Program-made: the position numbers and the translations under genes | From: an uncultured Rhodothermales bacterium | GTDB lineage: Bacteria > Bacteroidota > Rhodothermia > Rhodothermales > JANQRZ01 | Direction of reading: 5' to 3' | DNA length: 64,000 nucleotides | Assembly: GCA_964438105.1 (NCBI GenBank) | Contig: CAYTJT010000001.1 | Span: forward strand, 1,236 to 65,235 | The notes under the pieces: model-generated | Database searches by the model: none | What the model was told of the DNA's origin: nothing | What the model saw: the letters and a program-made list of their open reading frames with translations, nothing else | In this document: piece by piece, positions 26,268 to 34,239 of the stretch | Numbering within the stretch: the stretch's first letter is position 1 | How the letters are laid out: each line of letters begins with the position of its first letter

Positions 26268-28109
26268 TCATCGGACGACGGTGAAGGAGCGGACGGCGGA
26301 GGATGGGCCGCCGGTGAAGCGGGCGAGGTAGAGGCCGGGCGGGAGGTGGGAGACGTCGAGGGTGCGCGGTCCCGTGCGGTGGGTCGGGACGGGGCGTCCG
26401 AGGGCATCATAGAGGTCGACGCGGGTGCCGGGCGGGGCGGTGAAGCGGACGACGGAGCGGGCGGGGTTGGGGTGGAGCAGGAGCGAGAGGCCCCCCACCG
26501 GCCCCCCTCCGCCCTGACGGGCACCTCCCCCCGAAGGGGGGGAGGATGGGTGAGAGGTGGAGTTGCCGAATGCGCCGGTGTGGCTTTGGTGAGTGTTGAT
26601 CGCGCCGGGACTGGTCGAGGCGAGCGACCACGTGAAGTTGTCGTAGCTCGCGCCTGCGCCGGTCAGTTGGAGCGACTGACCGGCGGGGAGCTTGCCCCAC
26701 TCCTGAGCGCTCCACCGGCCGGGCGCGGTGACGGCGTCCGACCAGACGAGCGAGTCGGGGTGCGACGGCGCGTCCGCGCCGAGAGACAGGGCGCGTTCGT
26801 AGACCGGGCCGCTGAGCGCGTTGAAGCGGCAGCCGCCGTAGCTGAGAAACTGGACCGGCACGCCGTCGGGATCGACCAAAGCGACGCCGTTACATCCGCC
26901 GCGCACCTTGGCGGCAGGGACCCAGAGAACCGACAGGCCGACCTGACCGGCGAGCGTGCCGGTGAAGATGGTGAAGCGCTGGCGCTCGTCGAAACCGGGC
27001 AGCTCGGCGGCGTAGGGATGACCGGAGCGCGAGTAGAACCAGAGCGCAAAGCCGTAGAGGTCGGCGCCTGCGAGACCGGCGATCTCGACGCCCTCACCGG
27101 TATCCGGGCCGTCGTTCTCGGCATGGATCTCGTTGATCCAGACGTTTCGAGGACGCGGCGGCGCCTGGCCGCGGCGGTTGAACACGCGGTCAAAGAGGGT
27201 TGGGTCGTCGACGAACGGGTTGCGGTTGCCCTGGATGCGCTCGACGTGCGCGTTGCGGTCGTCCTCAGCCTGGGTGGGCATCCACTGAGGATTGTGGCCC
27301 CAGTCGGCCCATGCCTGGATTTCATCAAGCATGGCGCCGATGAACGCGAAGCCTTCGCCCGCGCTGCGCGCCTCGGCGCCGTACATGACGAGGAAGTAAG
27401 CGGCGGCGCGGGCGGCTGGTCCTCGGGCGGCGTAGCGCGGCACGAAGCGGCCTTGCTCGGCGACGCTCTCATAGCTGTTGCCGTCGTCCGGTGCGCGCTG
27501 AAAATCGCTCTCGGTACCCGAGGAGAGATCGCGCCGCGCCGGGTTGCCATCCGAGTTGACGTAGCGCGTCGTGCGCCCCTTGTGCCACTTGTAAATGTGG
27601 CGCCAGTTGTCGGTAAAGGCGCGGTTCGAGCGGGCGCTGTTGAACGGCCCGAAGGTGGGGGCGAGGTGGTGGAGGTCGCTGCGGGCGGCGCCGCGGCTGG
27701 CGCCTCGGCTCTGCGGCCAGATGTGCTCGGTGTTGAAGTTGTAGAGGTCCTGGGCCTGCCGGCGCGGCGAGCCTGCACTATCGGGATCGAAGAAGGCGCG
27801 AGCGCCGCCGTAGAGACCTTCGACGAAGCGCAGCGTGTCGGCGGTGATGGTGGTGTCGCGCACCAAGTTGTTTACGGCGATGGTCGTGTCACGGACGACT
27901 TCGGTCTGGCGCCAGACGACGGCGAACATGGAATCGCGCGCTGCATCGTAGTCGAGCACGTTGGCGGGCGCGTAGTTCAGGCGGACGCAGCGCTCGGCCT
28001 GCCAGCCGTAGAGGCCGGGGCATATGGGACCGCCGACGGTCCCTCCCTGAGCCGCCGACGTGGACGCCGCAGCCGAGAGTAGGAGCAGGACGAGTAGAGC
28101 GCGCATCAT
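26268..28109 (-). CDS. secreted endonuclease I - lamin-tail domain - T9SS CTD nuclease
   Basis: NTEHIWPQSRGA, DLHHLAPTFGPFNSARSN. LTD-like VWINEIHAENDGPDTGEGVEIAG. CTD LLLHPNPARSVVRFTAPPGTRVDLYD..GLYLARF. Start set at the MMRALLVLLLLSAAAS signal peptide. Confidence 0.8.
   Translation of the reverse strand: MMRALLVLLLLSAAASTSAAQGGTVGGPICPGLYGWQAERCVRLNYAPANVLDYDAARDSMFAVVWRQTEVVRDTTIAVNNLVRDTTITADTLRFVEGLYGGARAFFDPDSAGSPRRQAQDLYNFNTEHIWPQSRGASRGAARSDLHHLAPTFGPFNSARSNRAFTDNWRHIYKWHKGRTTRYVNSDGNPARRDLSSGTESDFQRAPDDGNSYESVAEQGRFVPRYAARGPAARAAAYFLVMYGAEARSAGEGFAFIGAMLDEIQAWADWGHNPQWMPTQAEDDRNAHVERIQGNRNPFVDDPTLFDRVFNRRGQAPPRPRNVWINEIHAENDGPDTGEGVEIAGLAGADLYGFALWFYSRSGHPYAAELPGFDERQRFTIFTGTLAGQVGLSVLWVPAAKVRGGCNGVALVDPDGVPVQFLSYGGCRFNALSGPVYERALSLGADAPSHPDSLVWSDAVTAPGRWSAQEWGKLPAGQSLQLTGAGASYDNFTWSLASTSPGAINTHQSHTGAFGNSTSHPSSPPSGGGARQGGGGPVGGLSLLLHPNPARSVVRFTAPPGTRVDLYDALGRPVPTHRTGPRTLDVSHLPPGLYLARFTGGPSSAVRSFTVVR
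26489..26549. repeat. GC-rich hairpin repeat copy 2, in frame inside the endonuclease gene
   Basis: ggcccccctccgccctgacgggcacctccccccgaagggggggaggatgg. Stem cctcccccc/ggggggagg at 26524-26545. Encodes SSPPSGGGARQGGGGPVGG just before the T9SS CTD. Confidence 0.7.
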
Positions 28110-28110
28110 T

Positions 28111-28812
28111 TCAGTCGCCGAGAGATGCGAGAGAAGCCGACGTGCCGGGGTCACCCGCCCACAGACCCGCCGACGTGGCGCGCGCCTGCCGTTCGCTTCG
28201 CGGTCCCCTGCGGGGTTCGAGCTGGTCGTAGTACTGCTCGCGCTCGTGGGGAAATCGACCGCCGCCGTCGTTGCGCTTCGCGGACCTACGGTTGCTGTGC
28301 GCGAAGCCGCGCTCGATCATGCGCGCGCCGAAGTCAAACGGAGCGCCGGTGTCGACGCCGCCCTCGGCGTTGCGCTTTGCGGACCTGCGGTTGCCGACGA
28401 GGCGGCCGTACTTGCCGCGCGTCGATCCGACGACGCGCACGGCCGATTCGACGGGAAGGAGCTGCTGGGCCTGCTCGGTGGCCGCGACGCCGAGTGCCTT
28501 GATGGCGGCGGCGAGGCGCGAGCGTTCGGCGTCGCGCCTCATCTTCGAGCTGCCGTGCTTCTCAGGCGTGTCGATGCCCTGAATGCGGACGGTTTCGGTG
28601 GCGCCGCTCGCATCGGTCAGCTCGACCGTGTCTCCGTCGACGATGCGCTCGACGGTGTTGCGCTGCGCGGACCTTCGGTTGAGCGTGCCGGGTGCGCCCG
28701 CCTGCGTGAGTTGACCGCACGAGGGCGCCATGCCGGCCAGCGAGAGCAGGACGATTGCAAGCGATGAGAGCGAGTTTAGCGGAGCGCGCATCGTAGTCGA
28801 GTGCTTCATCAT
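28111..28812 (-). CDS. staphylococcal-nuclease-fold (thermonuclease) exported protein carrying four NRRSAKRN-type inserts
   Basis: From MMKHSTT (ATG 28812, ATGA overlap with the ATPase stop). Signal and lipobox-like LAGMAPSC. VDGDTVEL, IQGIDTPE, KYGRL, AGLWAG. Confidence 0.75.
   Translation of the reverse strand: MMKHSTTMRAPLNSLSSLAIVLLSLAGMAPSCGQLTQAGAPGTLNRRSAQRNTVERIVDGDTVELTDASGATETVRIQGIDTPEKHGSSKMRRDAERSRLAAAIKALGVAATEQAQQLLPVESAVRVVGSTRGKYGRLVGNRRSAKRNAEGGVDTGAPFDFGARMIERGFAHSNRRSAKRNDGGGRFPHEREQYYDQLEPRRGPRSERQARATSAGLWAGDPGTSASLASLGD
28191..28682. repeat. four copies of the 26-nt GTTGCGCTTCGCGGACCTNCGGTTG repeat within the SNase gene
   Basis: Copies at 28270-28295, 28369-28394 and 28657-28682, plus a degenerate copy at 28191-28220. 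They encode NRRSAKRN, NRRSAKRN, NRRSAQRN and PRRGPRSERQ. Confidence 0.75.
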
Positions 28813-29927
28813 TTGGTGTCGGGTCGCGGTTGGAACATGAACAGCACCCGAAACACCCTGAAAATCAGGAAGCCCATGATGGTGACGATGGTGAGCACGA
28901 CGTACAAATCCGCGTTGCCGCCGCCGCCCGACATGACGCGAAGCGCGCCCAGCCCGATGAGGAAGAACACGTAGATCAACCCCAGATTGAAGAAGGGGCT
29001 GTCGTCGCGCGCTTGCAGGTCGCGCACGTCCTGGTCGGTGACGAGGCGGCTTTGGGCGCCGTCGTGCATCATGGCGCGCAGGACCGCCGGGTTGCCGCTG
29101 GCGCGTCTGAGCACTTCGCGCCGGTAGTGGCGCCGGTCGGCCGGGGTGATGTCGTAGGAGTTGACGAAGTACTCGAACAGCGCGTCGATGTGGTGATCGG
29201 GCAGGCGCTCGACGCGGATCTGACCGAACGTGGCGAAGAACATGCGCAGCGACTTGCTCGGCGGGATGGTGCGGCAGGCGCCGATGACGGTGACGCGCTG
29301 TTGCAGCTCGCGCAGAAACAAGCCCTGAGCGGGACTGCATCGGTCGAGGCTGTCGAGCGCGACGATGAGGCGGGGTGCACGTCCGCCCTCGGCCAGCTCG
29401 GACAGGCTGGTGAGAACGGCGCGCTGCCGCTCGTCGACGGTGCGCATGAGCCTCTTAGTCTCGGCCCAGCTGTACTCGGCGCACGCGGCGGCGCGCATGG
29501 CGGCGGGCACGTCGGGAATGGCGAGGATGCCGAGCTGGTGAAACGCCTGGGCGAGCGTGTCGACGAGGCGGCCCTGTGGCGCCGCTTCGGCGACGTAGAC
29601 GAGCGTGTACGCCTCACCCGGTTTCTGCGGCATGGCGACGTACTTGCGCCGCGTCTGCCGCTGGGCGTCGGGGCCTAGGCGCACGCGCCGCCCACCGACG
29701 ATGCGGGCGAACTCCTCGATGATGCGGCTCTTGCCGACGCCTTCGCTGCCAATCAGAAGCGTGTGGCGCCCCTGTCGTGAGCGGCGGGCGAGTTCGTCGA
29801 GCTGCGCGCCGTGACCGATCAAGATCGGGTCGGTGAGGACCGTGCACGTCGGCGTGCCCGGAATCTGCATCTGGGGCAGCGGACCGACGACGGGCGCGAG
29901 CTGAGCGGTGACGGGGGCAGCCTGCAT
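28809..29927 (-). CDS. AAA-type ATPase with two C-terminal transmembrane helices
   Basis: Walker A LLIGSEGVGKSRI. Walker B-like RLIVALDSLD. C-terminal FFNLGLIYVFFLIGLGALRV and LYVVLTIVTIMGFLIFRVF. Confidence 0.7.
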   Translation of the reverse strand: MQAAPVTAQLAPVVGPLPQMQIPGTPTCTVLTDPILIGHGAQLDELARRSRQGRHTLLIGSEGVGKSRIIEEFARIVGGRRVRLGPDAQRQTRRKYVAMPQKPGEAYTLVYVAEAAPQGRLVDTLAQAFHQLGILAIPDVPAAMRAAACAEYSWAETKRLMRTVDERQRAVLTSLSELAEGGRAPRLIVALDSLDRCSPAQGLFLRELQQRVTVIGACRTIPPSKSLRMFFATFGQIRVERLPDHHIDALFEYFVNSYDITPADRRHYRREVLRRASGNPAVLRAMMHDGAQSRLVTDQDVRDLQARDDSPFFNLGLIYVFFLIGLGALRVMSGGGGNADLYVVLTIVTIMGFLIFRVFRVLFMFQPRPDTK

Positions 29928-31511
29928 CTATTTGTGGAGTCTGGCCCAGAGGCGCGACGCCTCCTCAATGCACGGGTCTTCGCTGGCCGAGTGCGCCGAC
30001 GCGAAGGCCATCAGCTTGCCGCACACGTCGGGCGTGATCTTGCCGCGCTGGCGTCCGAAGAGCATCCACCGTTTGGGCGGCTTCTCGACCATGAGGTAGC
30101 GCAGGTAGGCGACGGCGTGAGTGGGAGGTACAGTCTCGCCGGTGACGCCCAGTTCGCTCAGCGCGTGCGCGTGAAGCGCTTGAGCCTTGTCGCTGCCGCT
30201 CGCGTCGGCGAGCAGGTCGTAGACGCCCCGGCGCAGCGTTTCGAGTTCGGCGGCGTGCGGGTGCGGCGCCGCATCGGCGCCAGGCGTGGCGGCTGGATGA
30301 GCGGCGGCTGTCGGAGGTGCGAAGCGCTCGCCTGGTGCCTGCTCCGGCTCGGGCGGTGCGAGGCTCGCGGCGGCGGCCGACGGCTCGACGTGCGGTGCCG
30401 GTGCGATGTGCTCGGCCGACTCGATGGGCTTCTCGGCGCCGCTCGCCCGGTCTGCCGCGCCGCTGCTTTCGTCGACGACGGGCGGCTCGTCGTCGCTTTG
30501 CTCGATTGGCGAGAAAAACGGCAGCGGGTCGCTGCCTACGGGTGGGCCGCCCTGCATTTCGAGTACGAGCGCGGCCAGTCCGGTTGCGACGGGGTGTGAC
30601 GGCTCGACGGCGCGTGGCCGTTCGGCACGCTCTTTCAGGTACGTCTCGACCTGCTCAGCCTGCTCGCTGCTGGGCGGAGCCGACGCGCGCAGCTCGGTTT
30701 CGGCCTGAGCCAGCGCCGCCGCCGCGTCGCCGCCGCGCCGCGCCTGGGCCAGCCGGTTGGCTTCGCGGATGGCGGCCATGAGGTCGAACGGTGTGCCGCC
30801 CTTATCCGGCAAGACAGCTTTATTCTTGGCGCGGTCGTAGAGGAGCACGCGGCCGACGAATCCGGCCATGTGGCCGGATAGCACGGCGGCGAGACCGGCG
30901 GGGTCGATGGTGCCGCCTGGGATGAGCGGGTGGCTGTGGTCGGGCACGACACCGACGCTGGATGACAGCTCGTGCAGGTCGACCAGGCGCAGGCGCGGGC
31001 GCTTGGCGTCGGTGAAATCATTGAGTTCGAGCACGCCGTTGCCGCAGCCTGAGCGGACGAGCTGATCGGCGACGAGCTGAGCGTCGGGGACATGCGTGCC
31101 GGAATGGAAACTCGGCTGGCCGTCCCCCGAAGCCTCGCCGATCATCAGCTTCATGCATTCGGAGTAGAACACCGTTTCGATAAAGCGGGCACACTCGGTC
31201 TCGGATAGTTCGTAGACCGAGAGGAAAGCGGGCCGACCGGCGTCGCGGTGCTCGATGAAGCGCCGAAGCGCGACGGCGGGCATAACGGGAAACCGGTAGT
31301 CGGGCGTATTGCGCGCGACGGTTAGAAGCTGTCCGGAGACGCAGACGAACGCGTCGTATACGCCGCCGAGCACGGCCAGCGACTCTTCGGTCTCGGCGTA
31401 GCGCACGACGATGAGCGCGACGACGCCCTCGGCCTGCTGGTCGGCCAGACCGACGGGGTCCGCGAACGTCGCGGGCACGTTCTCGAAGATGGGCTTGGCT
31501 GTGGTGAGCAT
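29928..31511 (-). CDS. hypothetical 527-aa protein (Pro/Ala-rich central linker)
   Basis: Long ORF with no recognisable family. Junctions to both neighbours are 0-1 nt. Confidence 0.6.
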   Translation of the reverse strand: MLTTAKPIFENVPATFADPVGLADQQAEGVVALIVVRYAETEESLAVLGGVYDAFVCVSGQLLTVARNTPDYRFPVMPAVALRRFIEHRDAGRPAFLSVYELSETECARFIETVFYSECMKLMIGEASGDGQPSFHSGTHVPDAQLVADQLVRSGCGNGVLELNDFTDAKRPRLRLVDLHELSSSVGVVPDHSHPLIPGGTIDPAGLAAVLSGHMAGFVGRVLLYDRAKNKAVLPDKGGTPFDLMAAIREANRLAQARRGGDAAAALAQAETELRASAPPSSEQAEQVETYLKERAERPRAVEPSHPVATGLAALVLEMQGGPPVGSDPLPFFSPIEQSDDEPPVVDESSGAADRASGAEKPIESAEHIAPAPHVEPSAAAASLAPPEPEQAPGERFAPPTAAAHPAATPGADAAPHPHAAELETLRRGVYDLLADASGSDKAQALHAHALSELGVTGETVPPTHAVAYLRYLMVEKPPKRWMLFGRQRGKITPDVCGKLMAFASAHSASEDPCIEEASRLWARLHK

Positions 31512-32308
31512 CAGCGGCCTCCGGTGGCTGATGCTGTAGCGGCTCCGACGAGTTCGTTGGGCGAAGCGCCTGCGCCGAGCGCGGCGAGCTGCGCGGCCGT
31601 CGTGGCGGCGGCGTGCTCAGCCGAGAGGACGGCTAGGCGGGCGGCGGCGAGCTGGGCGTATTCCATCTCGCCCTGCTCGTACTGCATCTCGGCCAGCGCC
31701 AGAAGCTCTCGTACAGCCGTGAGACGGCGGGCTTCGTACTCCTGCTGAATGCGTAGCTGCGTGGCTACAAGCCGGGCACGGCGCTGCTCATCGGCCTGGC
31801 GCTTCTCGGCTGCGAGGCGGCGGTCGCGCTCGGCCCTCGTCTGCTGCTCGCGGCGGGCGGCGGCCAGCTCGATGCGCGCCTGGGCAACGCGCACGTCGGC
31901 CCTTGCGCGGTGCAGCGGGCGGCGGTCGAGGAGCTGGTCGAGCGACCAACTGATGGTGACGCCCCAGGTGTCACCGGGCCACTGCGCAATGGCGGCATAG
32001 GCGGGGTCGTAGCCCTGAGACGAGATCGCGGGAAAGGCGAAGCCGCGCGCCGAGACCGAGCCGAAGAAGTCGACTTTGGGGCGCCAGCGACGGTGCCAGG
32101 CGACGGCGCGCAGCTCGGACCTAGCCAGGTCGAGGCGGGCCGTCTCGACAGCGAGACCGGCGGCAAGGGCGGCAGCCGACGTGTCCGCGGACAAGCCACC
32201 CGTGGCGTAGCCGATGGCGAACGAATCGAGCACGCCGCTTGCGGGCTGTGCCCAGGCGGCGTGCACCGGTGCGAGTGCGAGAAGCAATATGGTCGCTGCC
32301 CGGATCAT
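31511..32308 (-). CDS. half-length TolC-like outer-membrane protein
   Basis: Signal peptide MIRAATILLLALAPVHAAWAQ. One Ala/Arg/Gln-rich helical hairpin plus short beta segments. About half the usual TolC length. Confidence 0.45.
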   Translation of the reverse strand: MIRAATILLLALAPVHAAWAQPASGVLDSFAIGYATGGLSADTSAAALAAGLAVETARLDLARSELRAVAWHRRWRPKVDFFGSVSARGFAFPAISSQGYDPAYAAIAQWPGDTWGVTISWSLDQLLDRRPLHRARADVRVAQARIELAAARREQQTRAERDRRLAAEKRQADEQRRARLVATQLRIQQEYEARRLTAVRELLALAEMQYEQGEMEYAQLAAARLAVLSAEHAAATTAAQLAALGAGASPNELVGAATASATGGR

Positions 32309-32706
32309 GCGCCGGCGTGCGACCAGCTGTGAGGGATGGGAAGGAGCGCGCCGGTCGCTGCGCCGTCGCCGGTAGCTGTGGTCTCGGCTTCGATACCGGC
32401 CGCTTGTGCGAGTGCGTCGAGGTCGTCGCAGTCGAGGTAGGAAGCGAACAGCGAGAGCGTGTGCCCCGTCACGTCTGCGCGCGCGCCGGGCGGCATGTCG
32501 TCGTAGCGGATGGTGTGCCAGAGCCGGAGCGAAAGGAAAGTGAGATCGTCGTCCGGGCGAGCGCGCGGCTGAGCGGCGGTGAGGCTGCTGCGGACGGTGC
32601 TGATCGAGTACGTCTCGCCGGAGAGCATTCGGTGGAGCGCAGCGGCGATACTGCCGCGCTGGAAGTCGGTGAGACCGTGCATGGTGCCGTGGGTCTGTGG
32701 CCGCAC
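32305..32706 (-). CDS. hypothetical protein
   Basis: 133-aa ORF. ATGA overlap with the TolC-like start. Confidence 0.45.
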   Translation of the reverse strand: MRPQTHGTMHGLTDFQRGSIAAALHRMLSGETYSISTVRSSLTAAQPRARPDDDLTFLSLRLWHTIRYDDMPPGARADVTGHTLSLFASYLDCDDLDALAQAAGIEAETTATGDGAATGALLPIPHSWSHAGA

Positions 32707-32871
32707 GCCGACGCGTGGCGTGGCAGCCGTCGAGAGAAGAGGCGCATCGTCCCCCGGCCCGTCAGCTTGTCGCTGGTGGGACGAGCCGGGGGAGTGCGAG
32801 CGCCTGAGCGGGGCGCCAGTGGCCCCGTGAGCACCGGTTCAGTAGGAGAGGGACCGGCGGAGCGCAGGCGC

Positions 32872-33819
32872 TTAGCCCTCGCTGTTCTCGCGCACGACAA
32901 CACCATCGCCGCCGCGCTGCTTGGTCTGGCGGAAGTCGCCGTTCGGAAACTCGGTGCGGCTGATGACCGAACCCGACGAGTTCTCGCCCGAGCTGAGCAG
33001 CGTACGGAGCAGCGTCCCGGTGAAACTACCATCGGCGTTGACGGTGAAGCCCGCTTCGTAGTAGCGCGTGCGGACAGCTCCGTTCGCCCCGCCGTCGCGG
33101 ACGGAGCCTGTGCCGTTGGCGTTGAGCGTCACGACCGGCTCGCGGATGGTGTACGACTCACGCGCTTCGGCGTTGGCGTAGGTGACGACGGCGCCGCCCG
33201 TCGTGGGCGAATAGACCTGCCCGACGCGCCACGTGTCGTAGCTGGTGTTGTCGAAGCTGGCCGCCGCCGATCCGGTGCCTTTGAGGTAGTTCACCGTTCC
33301 GCCTTTGAGCGCCGCGACGAACGCATCGAGTTGGGCCGCCGTGGTGAACGTGAGGTTGACCGACTCGACGCCGTTGAGAGCCGCCGTGTTCGCGTCGCCA
33401 TCGTGATCGACGGCGAGGCCGTGCTGAACGCGCGTGCCCCACACGCTGACGCCTTGGGGCTGGCGGTGGGTGAGCTGCACCAGGTAGCCTTTGCCGAGCG
33501 TGCTGTTGTAGACGCCGGTGTACGTGGTGGTGTCGGCCTGCATGGCGCTGGCCTGGGCCAGACCGAGGCGGGCGGCCTCGTAGCCGGTGTTGCCGGTCTT
33601 GCCGAAGCCGTTATCGAAGCCGAGATCGAAGAGCGATTCGACCTCCTCAAACACTTCGACGACGAGGTGTTCGGCGTTCGACGGCAGTGGCGCCAGGTCC
33701 GGCGGCGTGTCGGCAGCGCTCAGGTCGGCGGAGTCGCAGGCGGCGAAGCCGAGCGCGCACAACGCGACGGCGGCGGAGAGGAGGCCGCGCGAAGCGGCGA
33801 GGGTACGCGGAGAGCGCAT
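32872..33819 (-). CDS. lipoprotein, beta-rich, unknown function
   Basis: Track ORF 32872..33924 trimmed to MRSPRTLAASRGLLSAAVALCALGFAAC (lipobox). Confidence 0.55.
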   Translation of the reverse strand: MRSPRTLAASRGLLSAAVALCALGFAACDSADLSAADTPPDLAPLPSNAEHLVVEVFEEVESLFDLGFDNGFGKTGNTGYEAARLGLAQASAMQADTTTYTGVYNSTLGKGYLVQLTHRQPQGVSVWGTRVQHGLAVDHDGDANTAALNGVESVNLTFTTAAQLDAFVAALKGGTVNYLKGTGSAAASFDNTSYDTWRVGQVYSPTTGGAVVTYANAEARESYTIREPVVTLNANGTGSVRDGGANGAVRTRYYEAGFTVNADGSFTGTLLRTLLSSGENSSGSVISRTEFPNGDFRQTKQRGGDGVVVRENSEG

Positions 33820-33959
33820 GACGGTAGGGGATGTTGCCCAGGACGCGTTGGAGTTGGAGCGTCGAAAGGACGGGCGCACCGCGGACGGTGCTGTGTGAAC
33901 CCCTGCCGGATCTGGTGGTAACACAGACCGGACAGCGGCATTGTTGGGATTTCGATCCT

Positions 33960-33978
33960 GGCGCTAGTTGAGCGGCTG
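33960..33978 (-). promoter_or_regulatory. conserved CTAG-containing upstream motif, copy 3
   Basis: ggcgctagttgagcggctg lies upstream of the lipoprotein operon. Confidence 0.4.
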
Positions 33979-34007
33979 ATCTACGCGAGGGTGGTTCCTC
34001 GCACGGG

Positions 34008-34039
34008 CCGCCGGGTGCCTCCGCACTCGGCGGTTTTTT
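34008..34039 (+). terminator. canonical intrinsic terminator on the plus strand (orphan)
   Basis: ccgccgggtgc-ctcc-gcactcggcgg followed by tttttt. 11-bp stem including one G-U pair. All neighbouring genes are on the minus strand. Confidence 0.6.
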
Positions 34040-34089
34040 GCGTTCGGCCGGGACGCGCAGGGCGTCCGGGTGTGGCCGGGCAAGCGTGC

Positions 34090-34173
34090 CTACGCGTTGT
34101 CGGGCGGAGGCTGGTTGCCGCCGCCGTGGTCAGCGCGAAGCGGACCGAACGGCCCGTAGGGGTTAATCAGCAT
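34090..34173 (-). CDS. mini-ORF C, 27 aa, HGGGN..PPPDN family
   Basis: Own codon-by-codon translation: MLINPYGPFGPLRADHGGGNQPPPDNA. 66 nt downstream of the YdjM-HlyD fusion gene. Confidence 0.35.
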   Translation of the reverse strand: MLINPYGPFGPLRADHGGGNQPPPDNA

Positions 34174-34239
34174 GATGCTGGGGGTGTGTGCTCTTTCGAG
34201 CGATTTGGGGTTGAATCGGTGCGGGGCGGTCCGAGCGCG

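Noticed and set aside
23785-26331. 848-aa plus-strand ORF and the N-terminal ~320 aa of the 800-aa minus-strand ORF 23869..26271
   Set aside because: Arg/Ala/Gly-rich low-complexity translation. It lies antisense to well-supported genes (endonuclease I; Xre and RES). These are typical shadow ORFs of high-GC DNA.
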